Shown: positions 17,804 through 27,074 of the stretch, piece after piece
How positions within the stretch are numbered: the first letter of the stretch is position 1
Layout: every line of letters starts with the position of its first letter
DNA from: an uncultured bacterium
Lineage (GTDB): Bacteria > JAJVIF01 > JAPKYR01
Direction of reading: 5' to 3'
Assembly: GCA_965369865.1 (NCBI GenBank)
Contig: CBDURU010000036.1
Location: 1 to 28,277 of the forward strand
Length of the DNA stretch: 28,277 bases
Notes under the pieces: generated by a model
The model's database searches: none
The model's input: only the letters and a program-made list of their open reading frames with translations
What the model was told of the DNA's origin: nothing
Made by a program: the position numbers and the translations under genes

Positions 17804-18903
17804 ACGCTGACCTCCTCGATTACCTCATGGAATGAATTCCTCCGGTATGGTTTCAGCCCGGCACCCTTGATAATCTGTTTCAGTTTCAGCGGACTTAACC
17901 CGCGAGGTGCATCGCTCCCGGCCTTGTGCATGATATCTTCCCGGGAGACGGTACCATCGATATCATCGGCTCCGGCTCTAAGGCAAACCTGGGCCAGCCG
18001 CACCCCAAGCGCACGCCAGTACGCCTTGATATGCGGGACATTATCCAGCATCAGACGCGCGATCGCGATCTGACGTATATCCAGGCTCCCATCGACCGGA
18101 TGGGCGTCCCTGGCAAGTTCATTCCAGCCACGGAGATAGGGCAGGGGAATGTGCGCGACAATCCCGCCTGTTTTATCCTGTAGGACCCGAAGCCTGATAA
18201 GGTGTTCAATCCGATGCTTGGGTTTTTCGATATGCCCGTAGAGCATGGTCGTATTGGAGGGAATCCCCAGCCCGTGAGCGATTCTATGGATATTCAGCCA
18301 GTCCTCAGCCGACGCCTTGTTCGGGCAGGTTTCCTGGCGGATATCATCATTGAAAATTTCCGCTCCACCGCCGGGAAGCATTCCAAGCCCGGAATTCTTG
18401 AATTTCTTAAGAACGTCTTCCGGATCAAGATTCAATCTCTGGCACAATTCATGAATTTCAACCGCTGTGAAAGCCTTTAATGTCGCTTTTGGAAAGTTAT
18501 CTCTCAGGGCCGCTAACAACTCGATAAAATATCCGAGGGATAGATTCGGGTTTAATCCACCAACCAGGTGAATTTCCTGGACATCATCCGGTACCCGTTC
18601 AACAGCTTCATCCGGGGATAACTCATATGCATCGTCCGAATCACCCTTACGCCAGTACGCACAGAATTTGCAGGACGAGATACATATATTGGTATAGTTA
18701 ATGTGTACGTTGGAAATGAATCCCGCACGGTTGCCATGCATACGCTCACGTACACAATCGGCTGCCATTGCGATCGCGCTCAAGTCATCCGAACGTTCCA
18801 GCACCAGCCCGTCCTCGAACGATAATCGTTGCCCATCGGAAATTTTTCCGAATACCGGCTCTAACGCGGTATCAAGTGTTGATATTTCCTCTAAGCGTGT
18901 CAC
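17800..18903 (-). CDS. mqnE: Aminofutalosine synthase (radical SAM)
   Basis: NVHINYTNICISSCKFC, KAFTAVEI, PGGGAEIF, TMLYGHIE, HIKAYW, GADDIDGT. Confidence 0.88.
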   Translation of the reverse strand: MTRLEEISTLDTALEPVFGKISDGQRLSFEDGLVLERSDDLSAIAMAADCVRERMHGNRAGFISNVHINYTNICISSCKFCAYWRKGDSDDAYELSPDEAVERVPDDVQEIHLVGGLNPNLSLGYFIELLAALRDNFPKATLKAFTAVEIHELCQRLNLDPEDVLKKFKNSGLGMLPGGGAEIFNDDIRQETCPNKASAEDWLNIHRIAHGLGIPSNTTMLYGHIEKPKHRIEHLIRLRVLQDKTGGIVAHIPLPYLRGWNELARDAHPVDGSLDIRQIAIARLMLDNVPHIKAYWRALGVRLAQVCLRAGADDIDGTVSREDIMHKAGSDAPRGLSPLKLKQIIKGAGLKPYRRNSFHEVIEEVSV

Positions 18904-18917
18904 TTTGAATTCCCGGA

Positions 18918-19481
18918 TTATTCCTCATCAAAAAGGCAATGATAAACTGTTGCCTTCCCTGGATTGGTTACATCCAGCTCGACATCGGATACAGGCAACT
19001 GAAGGATTTCATCGGGTAAAACTTCAATACATTCCTCATCCAGCAGCATCATGATGGATTTCAGAAAATCCTTATCTTTCGCCCTGAATGGCTTGTTTAA
19101 TTCGTCATAGGTGAATTTCCCGGTTGAACGGCTTAAGGTTTCAAGAGTAAACCTGATTCGCGCGAATGATCCAAGATGGCTGATTTCCACAATTGCCTGG
19201 TAACACCTGCCGCCAAGCTTCTTTATCAATATTTCTATTCCATCGCGAGTGGGCACGCCGATGTAATGCCCGGGATGGAGCAGAAAGATAATCACGGTCG
19301 ATCCGCCGAACTTGTAATCTGTATGGTTCCTGAGCGGCCAGTTTGCCAGCCTTTCACGGAACATCCGTTCAAACCTCTCCGCCCGGCCGACTCCATCATC
19401 CCAGGGCCGGACCGTCCTCGTTCGATACACCGATGTAATCACGTCTTCTATCCGGTCAATTATGTTATTATCATTCGTCAC
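18918..19481 (-). CDS. Hypothetical protein
   Basis: 187-aa ORF that fills the gap in the operon; its GTG abuts the UbiA-like stop (TGAGTG) and has a GAAGG SD. Confidence 0.7.
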   Translation of the reverse strand: MTNDNNIIDRIEDVITSVYRTRTVRPWDDGVGRAERFERMFRERLANWPLRNHTDYKFGGSTVIIFLLHPGHYIGVPTRDGIEILIKKLGGRCYQAIVEISHLGSFARIRFTLETLSRSTGKFTYDELNKPFRAKDKDFLKSIMMLLDEECIEVLPDEILQLPVSDVELDVTNPGKATVYHCLFDEE

Positions 19482-20381
19482 TCAGTTAATTCCTTCCGGC
19501 AGATGAAGTGTACGTAGAATAGACGCAAGGAGCACGCTCAGGTAGAGTACTATACTGATAATTCCATTCATCGTAAAAAATGCAATCCCGATTTTTTTAT
19601 GGTCGCCTGGCTTGGCGATCGTATGTTCAACCACCAGAAGCATACCAATAAGAATCACTGCTACAAGGTACGGCCACCCGATCCCGGCCCATAAACCGAA
19701 CGCAACCATCGCGATCCAGCTTACCAGGTGCATTAACCTTGCGACCCAAAGCCCTGCCGCTTCCCCCATTTTCGATGGAATACTGTAGATCCTGTGGTCT
19801 CGGTCGAAATCGATATCCTGGAGCGAGTATATTATATCGAACGCCGCTACCCAGAACATCACGGCGACCGATAAGATCACCGGCAGCCACGACCATTTTC
19901 CAGTTATTGCGATCCACGCCCCGGTTGGGGCTATCGCGAGCGCCAGTCCAAGCCACATGTGCGTAAGGGTTGTAAATCTCTTACTCGTTGAGTAACCAAG
20001 GATAAATACCAGGGTTGGGATACTTAACATCAATGGAAGCGGTCCAAGATACCAGCATGCCCCTATAAAAACTATTGAGCAGAAAATAATCACTACAAGC
20101 GCGTCAAAAGGTTTTGCGCGTCCGGATGGAATTGACCGCCCCGATGTCCTTGGATTTTCACTGTCGATATCCCTGTCGAGATAACGATTGAAACTCATCG
20201 CGGCTGTACGGGCGGTGAACATGCAGACCAGTATGGCTGTCAATTTGCCGGCATGGTATCCCCCGGTCAGTATGAACGCCAGGTGAGCTGTGAGAAGTGC
20301 GAAAGGTAACGCGAATACGGTATGGGCAATTTTTATATCACCAAGTACCGCTGAAATTCTCTTTGTCTGGCTTAAGGACAT
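19482..20381 (-). CDS. UbiA-family prenyltransferase (MqnP-like)
   Basis: IKIAHTVFALPFA, ARTAAMSFNRYLDRDID..NPRT..R.IP, FDIIYSLQD..FD, AFFTMNG. Confidence 0.9.
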   Translation of the reverse strand: MSLSQTKRISAVLGDIKIAHTVFALPFALLTAHLAFILTGGYHAGKLTAILVCMFTARTAAMSFNRYLDRDIDSENPRTSGRSIPSGRAKPFDALVVIIFCSIVFIGACWYLGPLPLMLSIPTLVFILGYSTSKRFTTLTHMWLGLALAIAPTGAWIAITGKWSWLPVILSVAVMFWVAAFDIIYSLQDIDFDRDHRIYSIPSKMGEAAGLWVARLMHLVSWIAMVAFGLWAGIGWPYLVAVILIGMLLVVEHTIAKPGDHKKIGIAFFTMNGIISIVLYLSVLLASILRTLHLPEGIN

Positions 20382-21002
20382 CTAACTATCCAGTTTCCAT
20401 CGTACTTTCAATTCCGATTCAAGTCCCAGGTGATCGAGAACCCGTGCGACAACACTGTCGATTACGTCTTTTATATTCCTGGGCCGATGATAAAAGCTCG
20501 GGCTTGCCGGAAGGACCAATCCACCGGCACGCGAAAATTTAAGCATGTTCTCTATCATAATTATCGAGTAAGGCATTTCCCTGACTACAGCGATAATTGT
20601 CCGCCTTTCTTTCAGCGCGACATCCGCCGCACGGTCGAGAAGATTGGTGCTCACGCAGTTCGCTATACGCCCGAGCGTTCCCGCCGTGCACGGTATTATC
20701 ACCATTCCATCGGTATGGTAACTCCCCGATGCTATCGGTGCTTCGAAATCCAGGTATCCATGGTAATGAATCAGCTTGCCATGGAAATACCTTAAAACCT
20801 CAGGTTCGGTATCAGGCTTGTCCTTACGGAAACTAAGCGGTTTCAGTTCGTGCCGGATCACCTTCATTGCGTGCTGCGAAAGTACAATGTGCACCTCGAC
20901 ATCCAACTGACACAAAATATCTATAAGCCTTCTTGAATAAATGCATCCCGATGCACCCGTTATACCGACAACTATTTTCTTATTTGGCGTCACTTTCTTC
21001 AC
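20382..21002 (-). CDS. ubiX: Flavin prenyltransferase
   Basis: VGITGASG, APIASGS, RAADVALKERR, REMP, PASPSFYHRP. Confidence 0.93.
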   Translation of the reverse strand: MKKVTPNKKIVVGITGASGCIYSRRLIDILCQLDVEVHIVLSQHAMKVIRHELKPLSFRKDKPDTEPEVLRYFHGKLIHYHGYLDFEAPIASGSYHTDGMVIIPCTAGTLGRIANCVSTNLLDRAADVALKERRTIIAVVREMPYSIIMIENMLKFSRAGGLVLPASPSFYHRPRNIKDVIDSVVARVLDHLGLESELKVRWKLDS

Positions 21003-21712
21003 CTTTTCCTTGCCCTGATAATATGGGCAACCCCGAATGACATCCTCTCCGTTTGAATATCTGTAAATCCGACATTTGATAGAAGCTCACAAAATTCCTC
21101 AACCCTGCAGAAATCCCAGGTTGATTCCCTCAAGTAAGAATATGCCTTTGTTCCGGATATCATATTCCCGACCCACGGTATCAAGGTATCGACTATCACC
21201 TCAACAGGTAAGAATGTAATTTCAGCCCTGAAGAATTCAAGGATATTTACCTCACCGCCGGGTTTCAATACCCTGAACATCTCCTTTAAACCATCAATCG
21301 TATTTTCAAAGTTCCTTACACCGTAACCTACCGAAACCATATCGAATTTATCGTCCGCATAATTAAGATCCAGAGCATCCCCCATCATAAATTCAACACG
21401 TACAGGATACGGGGAACCAAGCTTCGCGACCCTGTTACGTGCAATGTCGACCATGGGCGCCGAAAAATCGATTCCGATTACACTCCCCTCAAAATCCTTG
21501 CGATCCGTTAAAATTCCCAGTGCTATATCACCGCTGCCGGTACAAAGATCGAGAACCAGTTCCTTACCGGCAAGATCGGCTTTCCCAATCAGCCTTTTCC
21601 GCCACCTGATTGCCTGTCCGAAACTCAGTAACTGGTTGAGAAAATCGTAATGCGGTGCGATGGACGAAAACATCGCGGCAATGGCTTTTCGATTCTTTTT
21701 AATCCCGTCCAT
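20999..21712 (-). CDS. ubiE: Demethylmenaquinone methyltransferase (UbiE/MenG)
   Basis: MFSSIAPHYDFLN.LLSFG, LDLCTGSGD, GYGVRN, RVLKPGG, AYSYL.ES. Confidence 0.92.
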   Translation of the reverse strand: MDGIKKNRKAIAAMFSSIAPHYDFLNQLLSFGQAIRWRKRLIGKADLAGKELVLDLCTGSGDIALGILTDRKDFEGSVIGIDFSAPMVDIARNRVAKLGSPYPVRVEFMMGDALDLNYADDKFDMVSVGYGVRNFENTIDGLKEMFRVLKPGGEVNILEFFRAEITFLPVEVIVDTLIPWVGNMISGTKAYSYLRESTWDFCRVEEFCELLSNVGFTDIQTERMSFGVAHIIRARKR

Positions 21713-23178
21713 TACTCTGCATTCATCTTGTCAATAAAACCCTTAACTCTTGCCAGAACTTCATCACCCATGATAATCCGGTCCGGCCATGGACGAGTAT
21801 GCCCCTCTTCCGGCCATTTTTTCGTGGCGTCGAATCCCATTTTGCTCCCGTAATGCGCAAGCGGTGCGGAATGATCGAGCGCGTCTCTTGGACCCTTAAC
21901 CATCAACGTGTCGCGTTCGGGTTCGCAATGATTGCCAAGCACCCACAGTACGTCCGACAAGTTCTGAACATCGACCCATTCATCCACAACAACAATAAAT
22001 TTCGAAAACATTAACTGCCCGAGTCCCCAGATCGCGTTCATCACCTTGAATGCATGACCCGGATAGCGTTTCTTTATCCTTACAAAAACGTAGTTGTGGA
22101 AAATACCCTCAACCGGAAGGGAGTAATCCAGGATTTCCGGAAGCACGATCTGTATTAACGGCAGGAAAATCCTCTCCGTCGCCCAGCCCATGTAGAAATC
22201 CTCCATCGGCGGCTTCCCGACAATCGTATGCGGGTAGATGGGATTCTCCCGGTGGGTTATCGCCTCCACATGAAAAACAGGATATTCATCTTCCAGTGAA
22301 TAGAAACCCGTATGATCCCCGAACGGCCCTTCGATTCTCCTCTCTTCCGGATCAACGTAACCCTCAAGGACAATTTCAGCATTCGCGGGGACATGCAGAT
22401 CGACTGTTTTACACTTAACCAGGTCGACAGGTTTCCTCCGTAAAAATCCCGCGAACAGGTACTCATCGATGCCATCCGGAAGTGGAGCGCTTGCTGAGTA
22501 TCCAAGGGCAGGGTCGCCGCCTAGCGCGACCGCGACCTCCATACGCTTTCCGGCTTCAATATAGTCCTGGAACTGCCCTGACCCGCCGTGGTGGATGTGC
22601 CAGTGCATTCCGGTAGTGGTTCGGTCGTAAACCTGCATGCGGTACATGCCGACATTTCTATTTCCATCATTCAGATTCTTCGTAATGATCTGTGGAAGTG
22701 TGAAAAACGCACCGCCGTCTTTCGGCCAGCATTTACATACCGGAAGTTCCGTAAGATCGGGATTGTCAACCACGACATCCTGACATGAACCCGATGAAAC
22801 TATTTTTGGGGGAAATTTCCCGAGCTCAACTATTTGAGGTAACCGTTTTAAGGTATCAACAATCCCCGACGGGATTTCTGGCTTGATGAATGATCGAATC
22901 CTTTCCGGTATTTCCTCGATATCCTCAACACCTAGCGCCCATGCCATCCGTTTTCGGCTTCCGTACATATTCACCAGTACAGGAATCCCGCAAGGCTCGG
23001 TTTCACCCGGCCTGATTACATTTTCGAAAAGTAAAGCCTTACCGCCAGCGGGAGTTTTCATAACACGATCCGAAACAGCCGTAATTTCAAATTCGGCGTT
23101 GATTGGATCGGAGATTCTTGTAAGCTCCCCGGATTGGTCGAGACGGGCAATAAATTCCCTAAGATCCTTATATGGCAT
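21712..23178 (-). CDS. ubiD: UbiD-family decarboxylase (menaquinone-pathway type)
   Basis: YKDLREFI, WPKDGG, NVGMYR, MHWH, EGPFGDHTGFY, GKPPMED, LDH...GSKMGFDAT. Confidence 0.92.
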   Translation of the reverse strand: MPYKDLREFIARLDQSGELTRISDPINAEFEITAVSDRVMKTPAGGKALLFENVIRPGETEPCGIPVLVNMYGSRKRMAWALGVEDIEEIPERIRSFIKPEIPSGIVDTLKRLPQIVELGKFPPKIVSSGSCQDVVVDNPDLTELPVCKCWPKDGGAFFTLPQIITKNLNDGNRNVGMYRMQVYDRTTTGMHWHIHHGGSGQFQDYIEAGKRMEVAVALGGDPALGYSASAPLPDGIDEYLFAGFLRRKPVDLVKCKTVDLHVPANAEIVLEGYVDPEERRIEGPFGDHTGFYSLEDEYPVFHVEAITHRENPIYPHTIVGKPPMEDFYMGWATERIFLPLIQIVLPEILDYSLPVEGIFHNYVFVRIKKRYPGHAFKVMNAIWGLGQLMFSKFIVVVDEWVDVQNLSDVLWVLGNHCEPERDTLMVKGPRDALDHSAPLAHYGSKMGFDATKKWPEEGHTRPWPDRIIMGDEVLARVKGFIDKMNAE

Positions 23179-23258
23179 ATCTGTTCCCGGTTGCCAAATT
23201 AATAACCCGTAATAATAGCAGATTTCCCGATGATTATTATTAAAGTAAAAGATGAAAA

Positions 23259-23427
23259 AAACCGTAGAACAGCACGGCAGTGCGTCGAACGGCAGTGCGT
23301 CGAATGGCAGTGCGTCGAATGACAGTGCGTCGAATGGCAGTGCGTCGAACGGCAGTGCGTCGAATGGCAGTGCGTCGAATGGCTGTGCGTCGAACGGCAG
23401 TGCGTCGAAAGGGTTGTTTTAAGGTGG
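23259..23427. repeat. Family B copy 2: single REP-like arm followed by a 9 x 15-bp tandem array
   Basis: AAACCGTAGAACAGCAC then nine units of GGCAGTGCGTCGAAH (23276-23410), then GGGTTGTTTTAAGGTGG matching the spacer of copy 1 (GAATTGTTTTAAAGTGG). Confidence 0.95.
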
Positions 23428-23511
23428 AAGTTGGAATTCAGCCTATGGTGAAATTCTTCACAAAGTATTATAATTCCCAGTCCTAATCTTAAAATTCTAC
23501 GAGGACCTATT

Positions 23512-24390
23512 GTGGACTCAAAACAGCTCCAAGTTAACCTGATAGAACTTATAAGAAAATCTTCAACCGATATGCCGCCTGACATCGAGGAAGCCCTGAT
23601 GACCGGCTTCCGTCGCGAGGCAAAAGGAAGTTCTGCGAAAGGTGCTTTCCAGGCAATTATGGAAACCATCAAACTTTCCCGCGAAAAAAGTGTTCCCCTT
23701 TGCCAGGACACCGGTTCCCTCGTCTGGCATATCTACTACCCGGACGGATCGGAACTTCTCCCGGTAGAGTCTTCTATTAAACAAGCGACCGTAATAGCAA
23801 CAAGACTAAATTACCTTCGACCCAATTCAGTCGATCCGGTCACCGGAATAAACCCAGGAAATAATCTCGGCAATGGTGTGCCATCCCCCCATTTCCACCC
23901 CTGGAAGAAAAAATCGTGGGAATTCAACCTCATGAATAAGGGTGGGGGATGTGAAAATGTCGGCGCCCAGTACAAGCTTCCCGATACCCGTCTCGGCGCC
24001 GGAAGAGACCTCGACGGCGTTTACAAGTGCGTCCTCGATGCTGTCTTCCAGGCCCAGGGCAGAGGCTGCGCACCCGGGATCATTTGTGTCGGTATCGGTG
24101 GGGATCGCGACACAGGTATTGTGATCGCCAAGAAACAGATTTTCCGGAAACTGGATGATACGAATCCCGATCCGGCACTCGCGAAACTCGAGAAGAAATT
24201 ATATCGGGATTGCAACAAGCTTGGTATCGGCCCGATGGGCTATGGCGGTAAGACAACCGTTCTTGGGGTAAAAATCGGTAAATATCACCGTCTGCCCGCA
24301 TGCTTCTTTGTATCCATAGCGTATATGTGCTGGAGCGACCGTCGCGCGAAAATGATAATCAGAGGTAAAAAAGTACATTATTCAAATTAA
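23512..24390 (+). CDS. Fe-S hydro-lyase, fumarate/tartrate family, alpha subunit
   Basis: PLCQDTG, LRPNSVDP, KGGGCEN, GCAPG..GIGG, LGIGPMGYGG.TT, RLPA, CW..RR. Confidence 0.92.
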   Translation: MDSKQLQVNLIELIRKSSTDMPPDIEEALMTGFRREAKGSSAKGAFQAIMETIKLSREKSVPLCQDTGSLVWHIYYPDGSELLPVESSIKQATVIATRLNYLRPNSVDPVTGINPGNNLGNGVPSPHFHPWKKKSWEFNLMNKGGGCENVGAQYKLPDTRLGAGRDLDGVYKCVLDAVFQAQGRGCAPGIICVGIGGDRDTGIVIAKKQIFRKLDDTNPDPALAKLEKKLYRDCNKLGIGPMGYGGKTTVLGVKIGKYHRLPACFFVSIAYMCWSDRRAKMIIRGKKVHYSN

Positions 24391-24438
24391 AATGAATTTC
24401 TGAACAGCTCCCCGAAAAGAGTTCATAAGGAATTGACA

Positions 24439-25011
24439 ATGAAAAAATTATATCTGCCAACCGACGAAAAAACCATCCGGTCTCTTCATATCGGCGATGA
24501 GGTTCTTCTCAATGGGACAATCGTCACCGCTCGCGACACTGCCCACAAGTACATGGTCACTGAAAAACCAAAAGATCTTAAACCGCTTCTTAAAAATTCG
24601 GTCATTTACCATTGCGGTCCGATTGTCGCTAATGAATCCGGCATTTGGCGAATGGTTTGCGCCGGCCCCACAACAAGTATCAGGGAAGAGCCGTACGAAG
24701 CTGATGTAATAAAATTGTATGGTGTCCGTGGCGTTATCGGAAAAGGCGGGATGGGACCCCAAACCCTCGAAGCCTGTAAAAAGTACGGTGCTGTTTACCT
24801 CCATGCGACCGGAGGCTGTGCGGCAAAAATCGCCGAGACCATGGAGGAGGTCCTCGAGGTCAGGAAACTTGAATTCGGCACTCCCGAAGCGTTCTGGGTT
24901 ATCAGGGTGAAGGATTTCCCGTGCACGGTAACAATGGACTCGCACGGCAAAAGCCTTCATGACATAGTCGAGAAGAAATCAAGGAAGGTTTTGGAGATGC
25001 TCCTGAAATAA
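24439..25011 (+). CDS. Fe-S hydro-lyase, fumarate/tartrate family, beta subunit
   Basis: TARDTAH, YHCGP, AGPTTSIRE, IGKGGM, GTPEAFW, MDSHGKSLH; TAAGGA SD before ATG 24439. Confidence 0.92.
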   Translation: MKKLYLPTDEKTIRSLHIGDEVLLNGTIVTARDTAHKYMVTEKPKDLKPLLKNSVIYHCGPIVANESGIWRMVCAGPTTSIREEPYEADVIKLYGVRGVIGKGGMGPQTLEACKKYGAVYLHATGGCAAKIAETMEEVLEVRKLEFGTPEAFWVIRVKDFPCTVTMDSHGKSLHDIVEKKSRKVLEMLLK

Positions 25012-25043
25012 CTATGGAAGAATGATTCGGTAAGAAAACCGGG

Positions 25044-25715
25044 TTACTCGCTCGCGAGCATTCGATCCGATAAATCCCAGTCATCGAATTCTGCATAAAT
25101 CGTGACTTCAGTCCCATCGGGACATGCGCCCCAGAGAATCTCAATCACTTCGTCCTCAACCGCGATACTCCCGTTGGTCCAGTTACCGACAACACCACCG
25201 CCCTGAATCCCGATCCCCCCTCCAAGCGGGGTATCCTGAGGAGGTATCCTGTCCTGGGTTATAAACCTGTAAATATCCCGAAGCATTCTATCGTCGATAA
25301 TCTCATCTCTCCTGGCCGCATCGGCATCGTGACGGCCGGGGTAGTTGATCGCAAGAAACAGGTGGTAATCCGAATCATTGTCGCGATCGATAATTATGTA
25401 CCCGCCCTCCGGAGTTTTTCCATCGTTTTCAAGCTGTTTTGGTCCTTCAGGATTTCTGCCAAATGCGCACCGCCATCTCCCGACAGATTGATCCCCGCTC
25501 AAAAGGTACAGCATGCGATTGCTTTTAGTCACCACGATGCTTAAGTCCGGTATTGGATCCGTCAGTCCATTTTCAGTGATGAATTCCTGGTATGTTTGTT
25601 CCACCATGTTAAGATCGACAGGTGGTTTAAACCAACCCTTGATTTTCGGGTATATAATTATTCCTGCCAGCACTACCAGGATTACGATTGATGTTATGTA
25701 AATAATTCTCACCAT
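25044..25715 (-). CDS. Membrane-anchored YkuD/L,D-transpeptidase-fold protein with non-canonical active site
   Basis: N-terminal TM helix; V.KS.R.L.L, K..END.KTPEG.Y, INYP..DA, LGGGIGIQG, WTNGSIAV, GTEVTI. Confidence 0.82.
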   Translation of the reverse strand: MVRIIYITSIVILVVLAGIIIYPKIKGWFKPPVDLNMVEQTYQEFITENGLTDPIPDLSIVVTKSNRMLYLLSGDQSVGRWRCAFGRNPEGPKQLENDGKTPEGGYIIIDRDNDSDYHLFLAINYPGRHDADAARRDEIIDDRMLRDIYRFITQDRIPPQDTPLGGGIGIQGGGVVGNWTNGSIAVEDEVIEILWGACPDGTEVTIYAEFDDWDLSDRMLASE

Positions 25716-25832
25716 GGCCTGCCTATTTTATCATCTTGAACGCTAGATAGCTTTAATTATGCCGATATACGAGATAAGGCTGAAAAATTTTGGCCTGTAT
25801 GTGCTTGGATTTGCTAAAATTACCAATACATC

Positions 25833-26960
25833 ATGGCTTACTTTGAGATTACAGGTCTTCCCTTAAGGACGGTCAGTAAAGAGTTTGGACTTACCGTTAA
25901 CCTCGAACTCGAACGGGGCAGGGGACTCAGTGTCCTTGCGGACGATGGGGTCCTGCCGGGAATCCTTTGCAAGGCAATTACCGGCCATAGCGACTTCTCC
26001 GGTGAGATTATGCTTAACAGCCGCCGAATTGACCCGATGCCGGTCAGGAAACGAAATGTCAGTGTCCTGGGAAATACACCGGGTATCATCCCGGAACGAA
26101 CTGTAAAGGAAAACATGGAGATTGCCCTCAAGGAAAGGGGAATTGATGAAGCTGAACAGGTCTTTCTGATCGAGCATGAACTCGACCGGGGATTACTCGC
26201 CGGACTGGACGAAGTCCGGGCGGGAACACTCAATGCGATTGAAAAAACAGTTCTTGCCCTTAGTCGAATACTCCTCGCCGGCACCGACCTGGTTTTAATC
26301 CAGAGACTCCCGGTAATCGGGGTCGAGTCGGACGAAACGATCACCCAATTCAATCCCGGATTACAACTTGATGGTCTCCTTGCCATTAAAAATCTTATGA
26401 GAAGGTTCAAGGCAACCTGGATAAGCGTCCTTACCGATCCGGCATGTGTCCTTCTGCTCTCAGACAACCTCGCGGTATTTTCCCAGGGAAGCCTGATACA
26501 AGAGGGATCTGTAAGGGAATGCCTGGCGGCGCCGGCATCACGGCTTGTCGCCGATTTTCTTGCGTTCCCGAAAATGAATTATCGTAAGATGAAGGTTGAA
26601 CGGGATGGTCCGTACGTAATGCTCCGTAGCGGCCGTTACGGGATAACGATCTCCGAATTCGCTAAACGACAGATAGCGAGTCGGGAAGGTGAAGAGATAA
26701 TTGTCGGGGTCCGTCCGGAAGACCTCCATATTCGGGCCTACGAGAGCGGTGACCCAACCGTAATGAATCTCGCGAAGGTAACTTCTATCGATAATATACC
26801 CGGTGGCCAGATCGTAAGGCTGGATGCCGATGGTGTCGAATGGCTGGCTCATACAGAATCCGGACGTGTTCTATTTACCGGGCAACTGGTCGAGCTTCGA
26901 CCCGATCCCGACCGGGTCCACCTTTTCCATCAGATCAATGGTGCCAGTCTCCTTGACTGA
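25833..26960 (+). CDS. MalK-like ABC ATPase-fold protein with degenerate nucleotide-binding motifs and C-terminal TOBE/OB domain
   Basis: SGEIMLN, RKRNV, TVKENMEIALK, PASRLVADFL...MN, VGVRPEDL, VHLF are recognisable; Walker A, Walker B and signature motifs are not. Confidence 0.78.
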   Translation: MAYFEITGLPLRTVSKEFGLTVNLELERGRGLSVLADDGVLPGILCKAITGHSDFSGEIMLNSRRIDPMPVRKRNVSVLGNTPGIIPERTVKENMEIALKERGIDEAEQVFLIEHELDRGLLAGLDEVRAGTLNAIEKTVLALSRILLAGTDLVLIQRLPVIGVESDETITQFNPGLQLDGLLAIKNLMRRFKATWISVLTDPACVLLLSDNLAVFSQGSLIQEGSVRECLAAPASRLVADFLAFPKMNYRKMKVERDGPYVMLRSGRYGITISEFAKRQIASREGEEIIVGVRPEDLHIRAYESGDPTVMNLAKVTSIDNIPGGQIVRLDADGVEWLAHTESGRVLFTGQLVELRPDPDRVHLFHQINGASLLD

Positions 26961-27074
26961 AACATTTTTACCAGCTAATCTCCTCTATATCTACTACGAG
27001 CGATGGAACGTCTGAGGAGAGATGGGGAGTGATGAAGGCAATAATGAGGTTTTAAACGCTAGGAGGATACTGAT

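Noticed and set aside
23276..23410. CRISPR array
   Set aside because: Units are 15 bp, head-to-tail, with no unique spacers; no cas genes in the window.
23199..23711. His/Cys-rich repeat protein (STHCR/STHCH)n on the minus strand and (AVRRM)n ORF 23280-23486 on the plus strand
   Set aside because: Both are translations of the 15-bp array, which derives from a REP-like arm; the minus ORF also runs antisense into the fumarase gene.
25838..26467. 209-aa antisense ORF and other shadow ORFs inside recognised genes
   Set aside because: No recognisable motifs; they lie fully antisense to, or out of frame within, well-supported genes.
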